Shown here one piece after another: positions 39,251 to 56,280 of a stretch of 64,000 nucleotides of DNA. Origin of the DNA: the human T2T-CHM13v2.0 reference genome, Homo sapiens; NCBI RefSeq assembly GCF_009914755.1, contig NC_060932.1; one strand, given 5' to 3'. The notes under the pieces were generated by a model, which did not search any database, was not told the DNA's origin, and saw nothing but the letters and a program-made list of their open reading frames with translations. The translations under genes and the position numbers were made by a program. Each line of letters opens with the position of its first letter. The stretch's first letter is position 1.

Positions 39251-39899
39251 ATTTTCTTATTTTTAAAATGGCTCTTTAGTATTGTTTTTTACTTACCAAT
39301 GGAGTCGTGAAGATAAAGCAAGATGTATTTTAAAAATGCACTTACCTAACTTATTTATAATCCACTTTCCTTCAAAGATTTTTAGAGATAAAAACACTAA
39401 CATCAGATAAAAACATAATGCTGAAAAAGTAGATGAAACCAGGGCCAATATCCCAAATGTTTATCTTAAAATTTCATTCAGCTGAAATTTGTTGAATGCT
39501 TGCTTTGTTCTAAGACATAGCTGAATAGAGCATACCAATACCGCTCCGCACTGTTGACCAAGGAGGGTGTGCAGGCTTGGTCATGTTCCCAGAATGGCCC
39601 AGGAGAGGCCTATGATTACCTGACATCAAGACTGACCTTCTGTAAAGGCTCCTGATAAAGGGGAACCCTGTGATGCAGGCACTGCAGCCCTTACTTCTGT
39701 CTAACACTTCTTCCCCCTTGACACCTGTATCAACAATGTGTCACCCTTGAAGTGCTTTAGGTTTTCTTAGGACTCTGTACCTTCACTGTCCTGATACTTC
39801 CTCTCTGGATTTCCCTTAGTGCTGCTCACACCTCTTCCAGGAATCCTTTCCTGTTCCCCTCATCAAACTCTGTGCTTGTCTTGAGAGATCCCAGTCTTC

Positions 39900-40090
39900 A
39901 ACACTTAACTCTGGCACAGCTTATGTGACCCTGGATTATGAGGGTTTGCTTGTCTGTCTTCACTCCAAACTATGAGCTCCTAACAGGGAGGGATGATCGA
40001 TTTTTATTCTGTATCCTCAAAGCCTAGGATACAATGGCTGGCACATGATGTATATTAACAATGTTGAATAAACGCACGAAATGAATGAGT
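39900..40090 (+). mobile_element. L2 3' end
   Basis: aaactatgagctcc...tgtatcctcaaagcctaggatacaatggctggcacat...aatgaatga. Confidence 0.65.
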
Positions 40091-40346
40091 TAATCCTAAA
40101 ATAAATAGAAGAGGCAAAATAAAGGCCTAGTACTGATAAGTTCCCTCAATATTTCTATCATGCCAAAAGCACAGTTCTGGTAAGGCCTATAGCCGTTCAG
40201 GCACTCATTTAGCTGATGGCCTGGCAGAAAATGACACATGTGAAAATGTAAGACATTATAATTCTACTGCTTTGAAGTTTTATTTAGGCTGACCCTCTTA
40301 CTTTATATGGTTCTTTTATAATTTCTTATGCTTATTTAATAATTCT

Positions 40347-40705
40347 TGCTGTGGACCAACTGTTTGTGTCCCACCGAAATTCATTTGTTGAAGCCTAAAA
40401 CTCCAATTGGTGGTATTAAGAGGTGGGGCCTTTAGTAGGTAATTAGATTATGAGGATGGAGCTCTCATGAATGGGATTAGTACCCTTATCAGAAGAGGCA
40501 TGAACAATTATCTCTCTCCACCAGGAAAGATGCAAGGAGAAAGACAGCCATCTGCATACCAGGAAGAGGGCCCTCACCAGACACTGGATCTGCTGCATCC
40601 TTGATCTTGGGCTTCCAACCTCTAGAACCATGTGAAATACATTTCTGTTGTTTAAACCACCCCATCTACAGTATTTTGTTAGGGCAGCCCAAGCTGACTC
40701 AGATA
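40347..40705 (+). mobile_element. MLT1A/MSTD-type MaLR solo LTR
   Basis: gaggtggggccttt, ctcatgaatgggattagtacccttat, gccctcaccagacact, tttctgttgtttaaacca. Confidence 0.85.
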
Positions 40706-41588
40706 GCCTTATTACACCTTATTTTAGTAATAATAATCATTTCATTAATAATAAGATCCCTCAAAGTAGCTCCTCCCCTACCAGCACCACCCATTCTTTC
40801 TCGTATCTGATGGCCATGCTGATTATCTGGAAGCCATTATGTTGAAGGAGCAACAATTTTAAACCTTGTAGAGTCCTGTGATCTTGGCATCTTCTCTCAA
40901 TCTGTATGCTTATTCAATCTGCTCTGATGATAACAATTCTCCTGAGGGGAAAATTTAGGAATTGTTTTATTCAAATTACTAAGTTTTTTTTTTTTTTTTT
41001 TTTTTGCATAACTGTTAAAGAAAATATTTGTGGGTGATAGAAAATGACTGATTTTACCTTAAAAAAAGATTAAAATGAAGATTAAAAAAAAGTTCCCTTG
41101 CCATGAAGGGAACTGGATGTTTTTTCCCATATATAATTAAAAACAGTGGGATAAAGGGGTAAACACTAAGGATGTATATTTATCTCCTCTCCATTTTAGA
41201 GAAATGCACTGGGTGATGTAGACAAACAATTTGCCTAATACTGTTATTGAACCTGGTGGGCTGGGCCTGGCCAAAGTCAGCTTTTCCTCCTCTCTCTGGA
41301 TCAAATTATGGTGATGTAGCTGACATTCAATAAACCCCAAACACAGGCCACGTGCCAGGAGCACTCAGGTTACAAGACATGACCTCCACCTTCAAGACGA
41401 GGAGGTAGAATTGCTGGGTCCCTGAGACTGGGGCTTAGTCTGTCTCATTCACTCTTTCATCTCCAGTGCCTACCACAGCACCTTGTCCAGGGTACAAATT
41501 TTAATAACAATTTATCAAATGAATAAGTGGATTCTGTCACAGTATAGCAGTGATATTCTGGAAGCTTAACCAAATTAATAAATTATGT

Positions 41589-41759
41589 GGCCTGACATGC
41601 TGGTGTGTGCCTGTAGTCTCAGCTATGTGGGAGGCTAGGTGGGAGGATGGCTTGAATTCAGAAATTTGAGTGTTCAGCCTGGGCAATATATTGAGATGAC
41701 CTCACTTCTGAAACAAAACAAAATAAAATAAAACACTAAAAACAATAAAGCGAAACACA
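41589..41759 (+). mobile_element. FLAM (free left Alu monomer) with A-rich tail
   Basis: Monomeric Alu. 11-bp TSD aataaattatg at 41577-87 and 41760-70. Confidence 0.8.
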
Positions 41760-42599
41760 AATAAATTATGAAGTGAGTATAATTAGTTTTACCAGTGTTG
41801 GAATGTGAGGCGAGGAGGTTTCTGAGCGTGACTCCATGGAGCAGGTGAATTGGGGTTTTGAAGGTTGAGTACAAGTTTTTCAGATGAAGTAGAAAGGGGC
41901 ATTTCAGTGGTTGTTGAGACCAGTGGCAGGTAGACCAGTTAAGGAGCTAGTCTAGTAACCAAAGCAAGTGAGGGTGAAGACCTGGCTGACGGTAGTGTCA
42001 GTGGGATTGGAGGAGGAAGAGATTGGGAATTTATATGAGAAAATCAAATAAATGCCACTTTGATGCTGACTGATATGTACAACTGGGTCACTGAGGAGTC
42101 AGGGAAGGCTCTGAGGCATCCTGGGAGGGAGGGCACTGCATCAGTTCTGTACTTTCTTCAACTCCACCTAATTTTTCTCTCCCAACTAGGACAAAAGCTT
42201 GTTAAGAGGAACTTGACTCTTTGTTCACTGCTGAGTCTTCGGTGCCCAGAACAGATCTTGGCACATGGGCATTCAACTTCTGCAGACTGGATGATTTAGA
42301 TGTTGCAAATGCCATCTTCAAGGATGCCCATACTTCCTGGATTCTAACTACCTTGATAAAGTTTCATTGCTTTGTTTTTCTTCTGTATTTCAGTATGGAG
42401 ACCTTCTATGTCCAGACTTAATCAATTTTCTGTACTTGTCCATTCTGCTTCTGCTGGTGTTTTGCAGTAAGCCAGAGGTAAGCAGGATATTGTGGACTAT
42501 AGGAAGAGGTTAAACAGGTAACTCTGATTAGACTTTCACAATGGGGTCCCTATATTGCATTTACATCGCCATGGAAAGGGCCTTTTATCATAATAATTC

Positions 42600-42810
42600 T
42601 AATAATAACTGGTATTTATTTAGCACCTAGTACGTAGTAGGAACTCTGCTTAGCACTTTATATAAATTATTTCATTTAATCTTTCTAACAACGCTGTATT
42701 ATTTAATCTTTACAACAACTAACTATGGTTTTTATTTCCAATTTGTAGATGAGAAAATTGATGCTCAGAGGTGTTGTGCAACTTAGAAATGTACTGCAGC
42801 TAGGAAGCCA
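42600..42810 (-). mobile_element. MIR SINE
   Basis: tatttcatttaatc...ttgtagatgagaaaattgatgctcagag. Confidence 0.7.
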
Positions 42811-42834
42811 CCTGCTGGTTTCTCATTACAGCTA

Positions 42835-43158
<324 letters not shown>

Positions 43159-44497
43159 TCAGACCAGGAGATGAAGACCCAAAGAGGTCCCTTTTCCTAT
43201 GATGCTGTCATAATTTTCATGCTCCTGATTATACCTGCCCAATTATTAGCAGACATATAGACAATAGCAAATCTCAATTCACAGTCACATGGTGGAATTC
43301 CTTTGCTTAATGCCGTAAATTCATCAAGAGAAAGGGAATGGTTTTTGTTACAACTGTGAATTAAAGGTAGGTGGTGACTAATCAGTTAGCCAATGCATGT
43401 CCCTTGAGATAAGAAAGTCAACTTCTTGTGATATTCAGGGTTCTCAGATGTGATCCCAAAACATTAATGCCAGATACCTGCGCTCCTACCTGAGACAAAC
43501 TCATGGTTTCAGAGAGCAGAAGGTCAAAGCACTAAAATGAATGCATTAGAATTAAGCTGGCTTCCATCACAAAGCTTCATATAAATATTACACCGGCTCT
43601 ATAAGACACTCAATGTTTGGTTTCTGAACCTATTAATATATAATGAGGATACGATGTAATTAATATCGTTTGTTTTGATTTTCTGTTAAATCCGCTTTAG
43701 TAATAAAGAATGCAAGGTAATTATTCAAAAAGGCTTTTCAACAAATGTCAGTTTCATTGATTAAAAATCAAGTCAGTGCTTCATTTGAAATGATATTTAC
43801 AAGCATGCTTTAAGCTGAAATGAATAATTATCAGATTATTGAACAGCAAGTTATCTGCAAAGAATTGTCTACTTTTTTGCTTTTTGCACTGAGGCTTGAT
43901 CTCAAATAATAATAAAAGACAAACCAGAGGGTACTGAGAAAAAGTGTCATGATTTTGCTTTGAGGGATTTAATTTTCTTTATATAGTACCCTCCTCTGCT
44001 GGTTATAGAATCTTCAAAAACTGAAGTTTTGCGGGGCCGGAGCTGGGTGTTGTCACTGGGGTGGGACTGGCAGCTGTTCATCACACCGCAGTCTGAAATT
44101 CCTCCCCTTTCCTGTGGTCCTGCTGCCGTGGATGGTGGCTATGCCAAGCCAGCTCAGGAATTTCTTTTCACTCTAAGATGGCTTTTGTTTCTATGTATTT
44201 CTTTTTCTTTCTTTCACATAAAACAACAGGAAAGTAGTCTGTCATCTGTTACTCACAGAGTGGTGCTGAAGGCAATGTGAATTCAGAGCCATTTGTTTTT
44301 TCTGGGACTAAGGAATGTGCACAACAACCACTCCAACAAATTTAGACCGCAGTGTGTTCATATTTACAAATAGGCATGTACATATAAATCAAATCACCCA
44401 AACTATGTACTTCATGGACTTTAAAATGTTCTTTGTGTGGCTAACTCTTATTTGAATTACTTCAACGAAATGCTAAAACCTCATTAATATATGCTGT

Positions 44498-44960
44498 CTT
44501 CATTCACTTAATCATTACCCTGCACACTTTAGAGGGTGCTTGAGACATGACAGCAAAAGTGCTGCTCAAAGTCCCTATTTCGGAAACCTCACATTCAAGC
44601 CAGAGAGACTGACAGTAACAAACAAACAAGTGAAGTACGGAGCTTGTCAGATGACGAATGGTATCATCCAGGAAGAGAAGCAGGGAAATGGATGGGGAGG
44701 ACTGCGCAGGGAGTTTTAGTTTCCATTTGGGTCACGGGAAAAGCTTACTGAAAAGGTCATCATTGAGCAACAGCTTGAAGAGTGTGAGGGAGTAAGCCCT
44801 GTGGGAATCTGGAGGAAGAGCATTCCAACCTTGGGGAACAGAATGTGCAAAGACCCTGCTGGGGTGGGTAGCTGACTGCAGAAGCTGAACAAGAAGGCCA
44901 ATGTGGGTGGCACAAGGAGGAGAGAAAGAGAAGAGATGGCAGATCTAACCAGGGAGTCAG
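44498..44960 (-). mobile_element. L2a fragment
   Basis: cattcacttaa...ctcacattcaagc...gaggaagagcattcca...atgtgcaaagaccctg. Confidence 0.7.
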
Positions 44961-46567
44961 AAAATGGAATCACTGGTTCCTTCTCTTTTATAACAGCCAA
45001 CATCTGTTATAAAAGAGAAATGTTACAGTAACTGGAGGCTAGGGGGCTGTTGACCTCACAGGCAGCTCATGTTCTTTCCGAGTTTTTCCCTGTGTGATCA
45101 CTACTAAATAAACCACTTGATTAATGGTCCACCACACTGTCAATAGGAGTGCTCCTGCCTCTGTGATTCCAGGATTTGTTTGGAATTTGGCCTTGCCATG
45201 TCAACTGGATTGGCAATTATTTTTGAAAGAGAAATTAACCAGGAGGAAAAATACCACAGATGAGAAGACTGACCATTTAGCTGTAATTGAGAGCAGCGTT
45301 GGATAGAGGTATATAAGTTAAATGTGGCAAGTTTTTCAGATGCAATTCTGAGTTTTCTTCTAAATTGAGATATTTTGGTAATTGTCTTCATTTGAAAAAT
45401 AGACTAATGTTATTACATACCAGGTTTCTGATTCCTAGCACTCAGAATGGCCTGTCTCTCCTTTTGGCTTTTCTTGGTCTCTACTGAAATGGCAGAAAAA
45501 AGTAAAGTACCATGTTGGGTTAAATGACTAGATTAAGGCAGTGGGGAGGGAAGAAAGGGAGGGAATGAAGATTTATTTGATACTACTTTGGCCAGACATG
45601 TTACTTTCTTTGATCCTCACAACTGTCTGTGAGGTAGGCAGAGAAATCTAAGCAATCTTCTCTGTGTTTCTGACTTCCTCACAGATCTATGGAAGGGAAT
45701 TCCATTAAGTGATAGAGAGTGTGAAGATGTCAAAGTCAAGATCCACATATATATTAATGGTGGCTAAGGGAAATGCCAATTCAAAATATTTCCTCATCTT
45801 ATTAAAGAACTCCGTCTCCAAGCTCCTTTAGAGATTAAAATCATCTCCAGCATCAGGGAGTACTTCTTTCTTAGGTTACACATTGTAGTCTGCCAGAAAT
45901 ATAAAGCCAAGACCAGAAAATATCAAAGAACCCAACCAGTAAATGATCAAAAAGTTTGCAATTAGGGTGGATGAAAACCTAGGAAATGTGAAGACCCTTT
46001 GTAATTCTATGGCATCAGAAAATTAAATTTCTATAATAACAAATTACGATATAATGAGGTCACATTAGTGGAATAAGAGGCCCAGATGCCTCAATGATTT
46101 AATCTCTCTCTTCATGTAAGCTTGCATCGAATATTAATGAGTATTTTGATTGATAACATATTTAGTTCAAAATAGGTCTTTGAAGACAGCTGTAAGAGTA
46201 TTAACATTTTAAAGATGATGTGATAGAAATTCATTTTATTAAGTAGCTGATAAGAAAAAAAAATCACTGTATAAACCTGCTAATGTCAGACATACTATTA
46301 TGACCCATCTACTGCTATTGAGTAAAGAGACAGTAATGGATCTTTATGGGGCTATTCTTTGAACACTATAGAAGCTCATTTTCCTTATTGAAGAAAAAAC
46401 CAAGCGACACCAATGAAACAGGTACAGTAAAAGCATTAAAATTAAGAGAAGAGAATTTCAAGTAAAAGCTGCCTAAATATAAAATAGCTTTGCTGCCTCA
46501 GCTTTTGGTAAAATTGCAATGGCTTTGAGGACTTAGGAGTTATCTTAGTGAGGCTGAAACCTTACAC

Positions 46568-46785
46568 TAGTGCTGTCCAATAGCAATGTAATGCAAGCCA
46601 TAAATGCAAACTATATATGTATTTTTAAAATTTCTAGAAGCCAAATTAAAACCGTAAAAAACCATGAAATTCATATGCTATTTAACCCAAACTATGCAAA
46701 ATATGACCATTTCAACATATAATCAAATACACATTATTAATGATATAATATATATATATTTTGTATTAAGCTTTCAAACCACATC
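46568..46785. mobile_element. MER33-like hAT-Charlie MITE (partial)
   Basis: agtgctgtccaatag...tatttaacccaa...catttcaacatataatcaa. Confidence 0.7.
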
Positions 46786-46869
46786 CTGCTTCTTCTCCTG
46801 CCCCAATGAATCCAGAACAAATCTAATTTTTCATTTGCATGGCAGTCTCTTTCACATTTTGCAAAAGGT

Positions 46870-47095
46870 CTTATTTGCTCACTAAGTCCTCTCTTTGACA
46901 TGTTAAATATCCAAGTTCTAATAACTATTCTTGTTTTGCCTCTTCACACCTTCCTAGTTACTGTGCCCTGGACATCCTCCTGTTTTAACAAATGGCTTTC
47001 TAAAGTTTGATTCTCAGAATTGGTCTTAAGAATATAATGGGACTATGAGTCCTCCTTGTTTTACATTTACACTTCTATTAGTGTGACAAGCTATT
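46870..47095 (-). mobile_element. Possible CR1/L3 fragment
   Basis: gttaaatatccaagttc, ctggacatcctcctgttt, aatataatgggactat resemble antisense L3 3' ORF2. Very diverged. Confidence 0.4.
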
Positions 47096-47186
47096 AGATA
47101 AAGCTGATAGTTTACTAGACGGGGCAGTAGACTCCAAAAGTTCAGGATGAAACTGCCAATTTCCTCTGCCTGGAGATGCCATGATG

Positions 47187-48345
47187 CCAGGGTATATTTA
47201 CTGTGAAGCTAATGAAGCTCTAGCTTCAAGGTCCTCTCTGGCATGGGCCCCTTTAAGGCCCTGGGTGGGCTTTAATAATGTGTTTACATGGTTATATGAT
47301 TGTTTTAAAAAAATGAGATTTTGTAAAACAATTTTACAAAAACAAGATACTTTATTGTACTTTACTACTCTGTCTTAACCTTTGCTTTCTTCCCCATGTT
47401 GGGAATAGCTGTAGACATTTTTGGAATTGAGCTAAGGATGGAGCTGAGTTGGGAATATATTTAGTTTGAATTCAGTGGGATAATTATGTGGTTTGTAGTC
47501 ATTTATGTATAGTTATTTCAAGCTCGCTCAGTGCAGGAATAAGTTCCAGAAATCTTTCTGCTTTTCTCTGGGCCTACTTACCAGCATTAAAACATAATGG
47601 CAGGGTCTGAGGCTGTACTTTGATATAACAATATCCTATGGATCCCAGAGCCAGAAGTTGGTCTGTGGAAAGTTCTTTCAATCGTTCCTATTCAGTTGTA
47701 GTAAATGATTTTGTTTTTAATGACACTTGGTTAAAACAGAAGCTCTCTGTTATCAGATATATACTTCATAATATGGTATGTAAAATTGTTACAACATATA
47801 CGGTTTTCCTTTTTTGATGGACTTACACAACATAGAATTTATAAGATTTTCTGTGTTTTTAGGACAAACATAGCACTGCCAGTGCTACAGGCAGTGAATA
47901 GATCTTTTATGAGAAAGTAACTTGGACAGGTATTTCTCCAATTTTACAACTGTCCTAAAAATTTATGTGATATTAAGTGTAATGAGTTGTGAAATCAAAG
48001 GAAACGTTTTATACTAAAAATAATGAAAAACATGTTTTGATCAACCATATGTCAAGATTAAAATATCTTTCTATTCTCTCTAGAAAAATATTACAAAATC
48101 AATTATATAAATAAGTAATTAAAGAGTTTATAGCCGGAAAACTGTATTTTACAGGTATGTCAGATAATAAATTAATATAAATATTATGTTATTTTTCTGG
48201 ATTTTGTGGTATTTGTGGTACTTCTCAGCTTTGTAAAGTGCATTTGTGACTTTTTCATTCTCATTAAGTAATCATATTTAATATTTAATAATTATTTCAT
48301 AAATAATCATTACTTGATGAATAGTGAATATTTTTCTGTTTGTAA
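47187..48345. mobile_element. Arthur1/MER69B-like hAT-Tip100 DNA transposon fossil
   Basis: Begins ccagggtatatttactgtgaagctaatgaagctctagcttcaaggtcc...gggccc, matching the recalled Arthur1 terminus. Internal hAT-dimerisation-like remnant near 47940-48090. Confidence 0.65.
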
Positions 48346-49700
48346 GTTTCTATTCCATAATAGTGTTGCTTTTCCACATTTCTATGTCTATCAAACTTCT
48401 AATGTCATTTTTCACAGAATTAAAAATACTGTCCAATTTAATGATATTGGTTCTTCTAATCCATGAGCATGGAATGTTTTTCCATTTATTTGTGTTGCCT
48501 ATGATTTCTTTGAGAAGTGTTTTGTAGCTCTCCTTATAGAGATCTTTTATCCCCTTGGTTAGTTGTAGTCCTAGGTACTTCTTTTTTTGTGGCTATTGTA
48601 GATGGGATTGATGTTCTTGATTTGGCTCTCAGCTAGCATATTATTGGTGTATAGAAATGTGACTCATTTTTGTATTTGATATTGTATCCTGAAACTTTAC
48701 TGAAGTTGCTTATCAGTTCTAGGAGACTTTTGGCAGAGCCGTTAGGGTTTTTTATGTATAGAATCCTATCATCCACAAAGAGAGTTTGACTTCTTTTTCT
48801 ATTTGGATGCCTTTTATATCTTTCTCTTGCCTGATTGCTCTGGCAAGCACTTCCAATACTATGTTGAATAGAAGTGGTGAAAGTGGGCATCCTTGCCTTG
48901 ATCCAGTTCTCAAGGGGAATGGTTCCAGCTTTTGCTCGTTTAGTATGATGTTGGCTGTGGGTTTGTCATAGATTGCTCTTATTATTTTGAGATATGTTCC
49001 TTTGATGCCTAGAGTGTTGATGGTATTTTTTTTTTTTTATTCATGACAGGATGTTGGATTTATTGAAAACTTTTTCTGCATCTATTGAGATGATCATATG
49101 GTTTTTGTTTTTAACTCTGTTTATGGAGTGAATCATGCTTATTGATTTGTGTGTGTTGAACCAACCTTGAATCTCAAGAATAAAGCCTACTTAATTGTGG
49201 CAAATTAACTTTTTGATGTGCTGCTAGATTCGGTTCACTTGTATTTTGTTGATATTTTTGTCTGTGTTCATCAGGCATATTGGCCTGAATTTTTCTTCTT
49301 TTCTGTGTGTCCCTGGCAGATTTTGGTATCAGGCTAATGCTAGCTCTGTAGGACGAGTCAGGGAGGAGGAGCCCCTTCCTTGATATTTTGAAATAGTTTC
49401 CAAAAAGAATTATATGTCTGGCAGAATTCAGCTGTGAATTCATCTGGTACAGGGCTCCTTTTTTTGGTTGCTAGGTTTCTTTCTTTTTTTTTTTTATTAT
49501 ACTTTAAGTTTTAGGGTACATGTGCACATTGTGCAGGTTAGTTACATATGTATACATGTGCCATGCTGGTGCACTGCACTCACTAACTCGTCATCTAGCA
49601 TGAGGTATATCTCCCAATGCTATCCCTACCCTCTCCCCCCACCACATAACAGTCCCCAGAGTGTGATATTTCCCTTCCTGTGTCCATGTGATCTCATTGT

Positions 49701-53528
<3,828 letters not shown>

Positions 53529-53591
53529 TATGATGTTAGCTGGTTATTTTGCTCGTTAGTTGATGCAGTTTCTTCCTAGTCTCGATGGTCT

Positions 53592-54608
53592 TTACATTTT
53601 GGCATGATTTTGCAGCGGCTGGTACCGGTTGTTCCTTTCCATGTTTAGCGCTTCCTTCAGGAGCTCTTTTAGGGCAGGCCTGGTGGTGACAAAATCTCTC
53701 AGCATTTGCTTGTCTGTAAAGTATTTTATTTCTCCTTCACTTATGAAGCTTAGTTTGGCTGCATATGAAATTCTGGGTTGAAAATTCTTGTCTTTAAGAA
53801 TGTTGAATATTGGCCCCCACTCTCTTCTGGCTTGTAGGGTTTCTGCCGAGAGATCCGCAGTTAGTCTGATGGGCTTCCCTTTGAGGGTAACCCGACCTTT
53901 CTCTCTGGCTGACCTTAACATTTTTTCCTTCATTTCAACTTTGGTGAATCTGACAATTATATGTCTTGGAGTTGCTCTTCTCGAGGAGTATCTTTGTGGC
54001 GTTCTCTGTATTTCCTGAATCTGAACGTTGGCCTGCCTTGCTAGATTGGGGAAGTTCTCCTGGATAATATCCTGCAGAGTGCTTTCCAACTTGGTTCCAT
54101 TCTCCCTATCACTTTCAGGTACACCAATCGGACATAGATTTGGTCTTTTCACATAGTCCCATATTTCTTGGAGGCTTTGCTCATTTCTTTTTATTCTTTT
54201 TTCTCTAAACTTCCCTTCTCACTTCATTTCATTCATTTAATCTTCCATCACTGATACCCTTTCTTCCAGTTGATCGCATCGGCTCCTGAGGCTTCTGCAT
54301 TCTTCACGTAGTTCTCGAGCCTTGGTTTTCAGCTCCATCAGCTCCTTTAAGCACTTCTCTGTATTGGTTATTCTAGTTATACATTCTTCTAAATTTTTTT
54401 CAAAGTTTTCAACTTCTTTGCCTTTGGTTTGAATGTCCTCCCGTAGCTCAGAGTAATTTGATCGTCTGAAGCCTTCTTCTCTCAGCTCGTCAAAGTCATT
54501 CTCCATCCAGCTTTGTTCCGTTGCTGGTGAGGAACTGCGTTCCTTTGGAGGAGGAGAGGCGCTCTGCGTTTTAGAGTTTCCAGTTTTTCTGTTCTGTTTT
54601 TTCCCCAT
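53592..54608 (-). pseudogene. L1 ORF1 (RNA-binding chaperone), canonical 1017 nt, single nonsense codon E124*
   Basis: Track ORFs 54237-54608 and 53592-54152 are in frame. TAA at 54237-39. REKG and RR261-262 intact, YPAKLS changed to YAAKLS. 63-nt inter-ORF spacer. Confidence 0.95.
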
Positions 54609-55513
54609 CTTTGTGGTTTTATCTACTTTTGGTCTTTGATGATGGTGATGTATAGATGGGTTTTTGGTGTGGATGTCCTTTCTGTTTGTTAGTTTTCCTT
54701 CTAACAGACAGGACCCTCAGCTGCAGGTCTGTTGGGTACCCTGCCGTGTGAGGTGTCAGTGTTCCCCTGCTGGGGGGTGCCTCCCAGTTAGGCTGCTCAG
54801 GGGTCAGGAGTCAGGGACCCCCTTGAGGAGGCAGTCTGCCCGTTCTCAGATCTCCATCTGCGTGCTGGGAGAACCACTGCTCTCTTCAAAGCTGTCAGAC
54901 AGGGTCATTTAAGTCTGCAGAGGTTTCTGCTGTCTTTTTGTTTGTCTGTGCCCTGCCCCCAGAGGTGGAGCCTACAGAGGCAGGCAGGCCTCCTTGAGCT
55001 GTGGTGGGCTCCGCCCAGTTCGAGCTTCCCCGCTGCTTTGTTTACCTAAGCAAGCCTGGGCAATGGCGGGCGCCCCTCCCCCAGCCTCACTGCCGCCTTG
55101 CAGTTTGATCTCAGACTGCTGTGTTAGCAATCAGCGAGACTCCGTGGGCGTAGGACCCTCCAAGCCAGGTGCGGGGTATAATCTCGTGGTGCGCCGTTTT
55201 TTAAGCCCGTCGGAAAAGCGCAGTATTCGGGTGGGAGTGACCTGATTTTCCAGGTGCCGTCAGTCACCCCTTTCTTTGACTCGGAAAGGGAACTCCCTGA
55301 CCCCTTGCGCTTCCCGAGTGAGGCAATGCCTCGCCCTGCTTCGGCTCGTGCACGGTGTGCGCACCCACTGACCTGCGCCCACTGTCTGGCACTCCCTAGT
55401 GAGATGAACCCGGTACCTCAGATGGAAATGCAGAAATCACCGTCTTCTGCGTCGCTCACGCTGGGAGCTGTAGACTGGAGCTGTTCCTATTCGGCCATCT
55501 TGGCTCCTCCCCC
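54609..55513 (-). promoter_or_regulatory. L1PA2 5'UTR: CpG-rich internal sense promoter plus antisense promoter
   Basis: Complete 5'UTR with YY1 site (cggccatctt 55492-55501) and many retained CpGs. Promoter function is established for this subfamily but not shown for this copy. Confidence 0.8.
55063..55245 (+). pseudogene. L1 ORF0, truncated to 60 aa by a TGA stop
   Basis: MAGAPPPASLPPCSLISDCC...RVGVT*. Splice donors at +106 (after 55168) and +191 (after 55253). Confidence 0.8.
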
Positions 55514-55779
55514 GTTGGTAGGTTTTTTATTACTGCTTAAATTTTGGAACTTATTATTGGTCTGTTCAGGTTTTCACTTTCTTCTTGGTTCAATACTGGG
55601 AGGGTGTGTGTTGACAGGAATTTATCCATTTCCTCTATATATCCTAATTTTTATGCATAGAGGTGTTCATAACAGTCTCTGAGGATCTTCTGTATTTCTG
55701 TGGGATCAGTTGCAATGTCATCTTTGTCATTTCTGATTGTGTTCATTTGGATCTTTTTTTTTTTTGTTAATCTAGCTAG

Positions 55780-56280
<501 letters not shown>

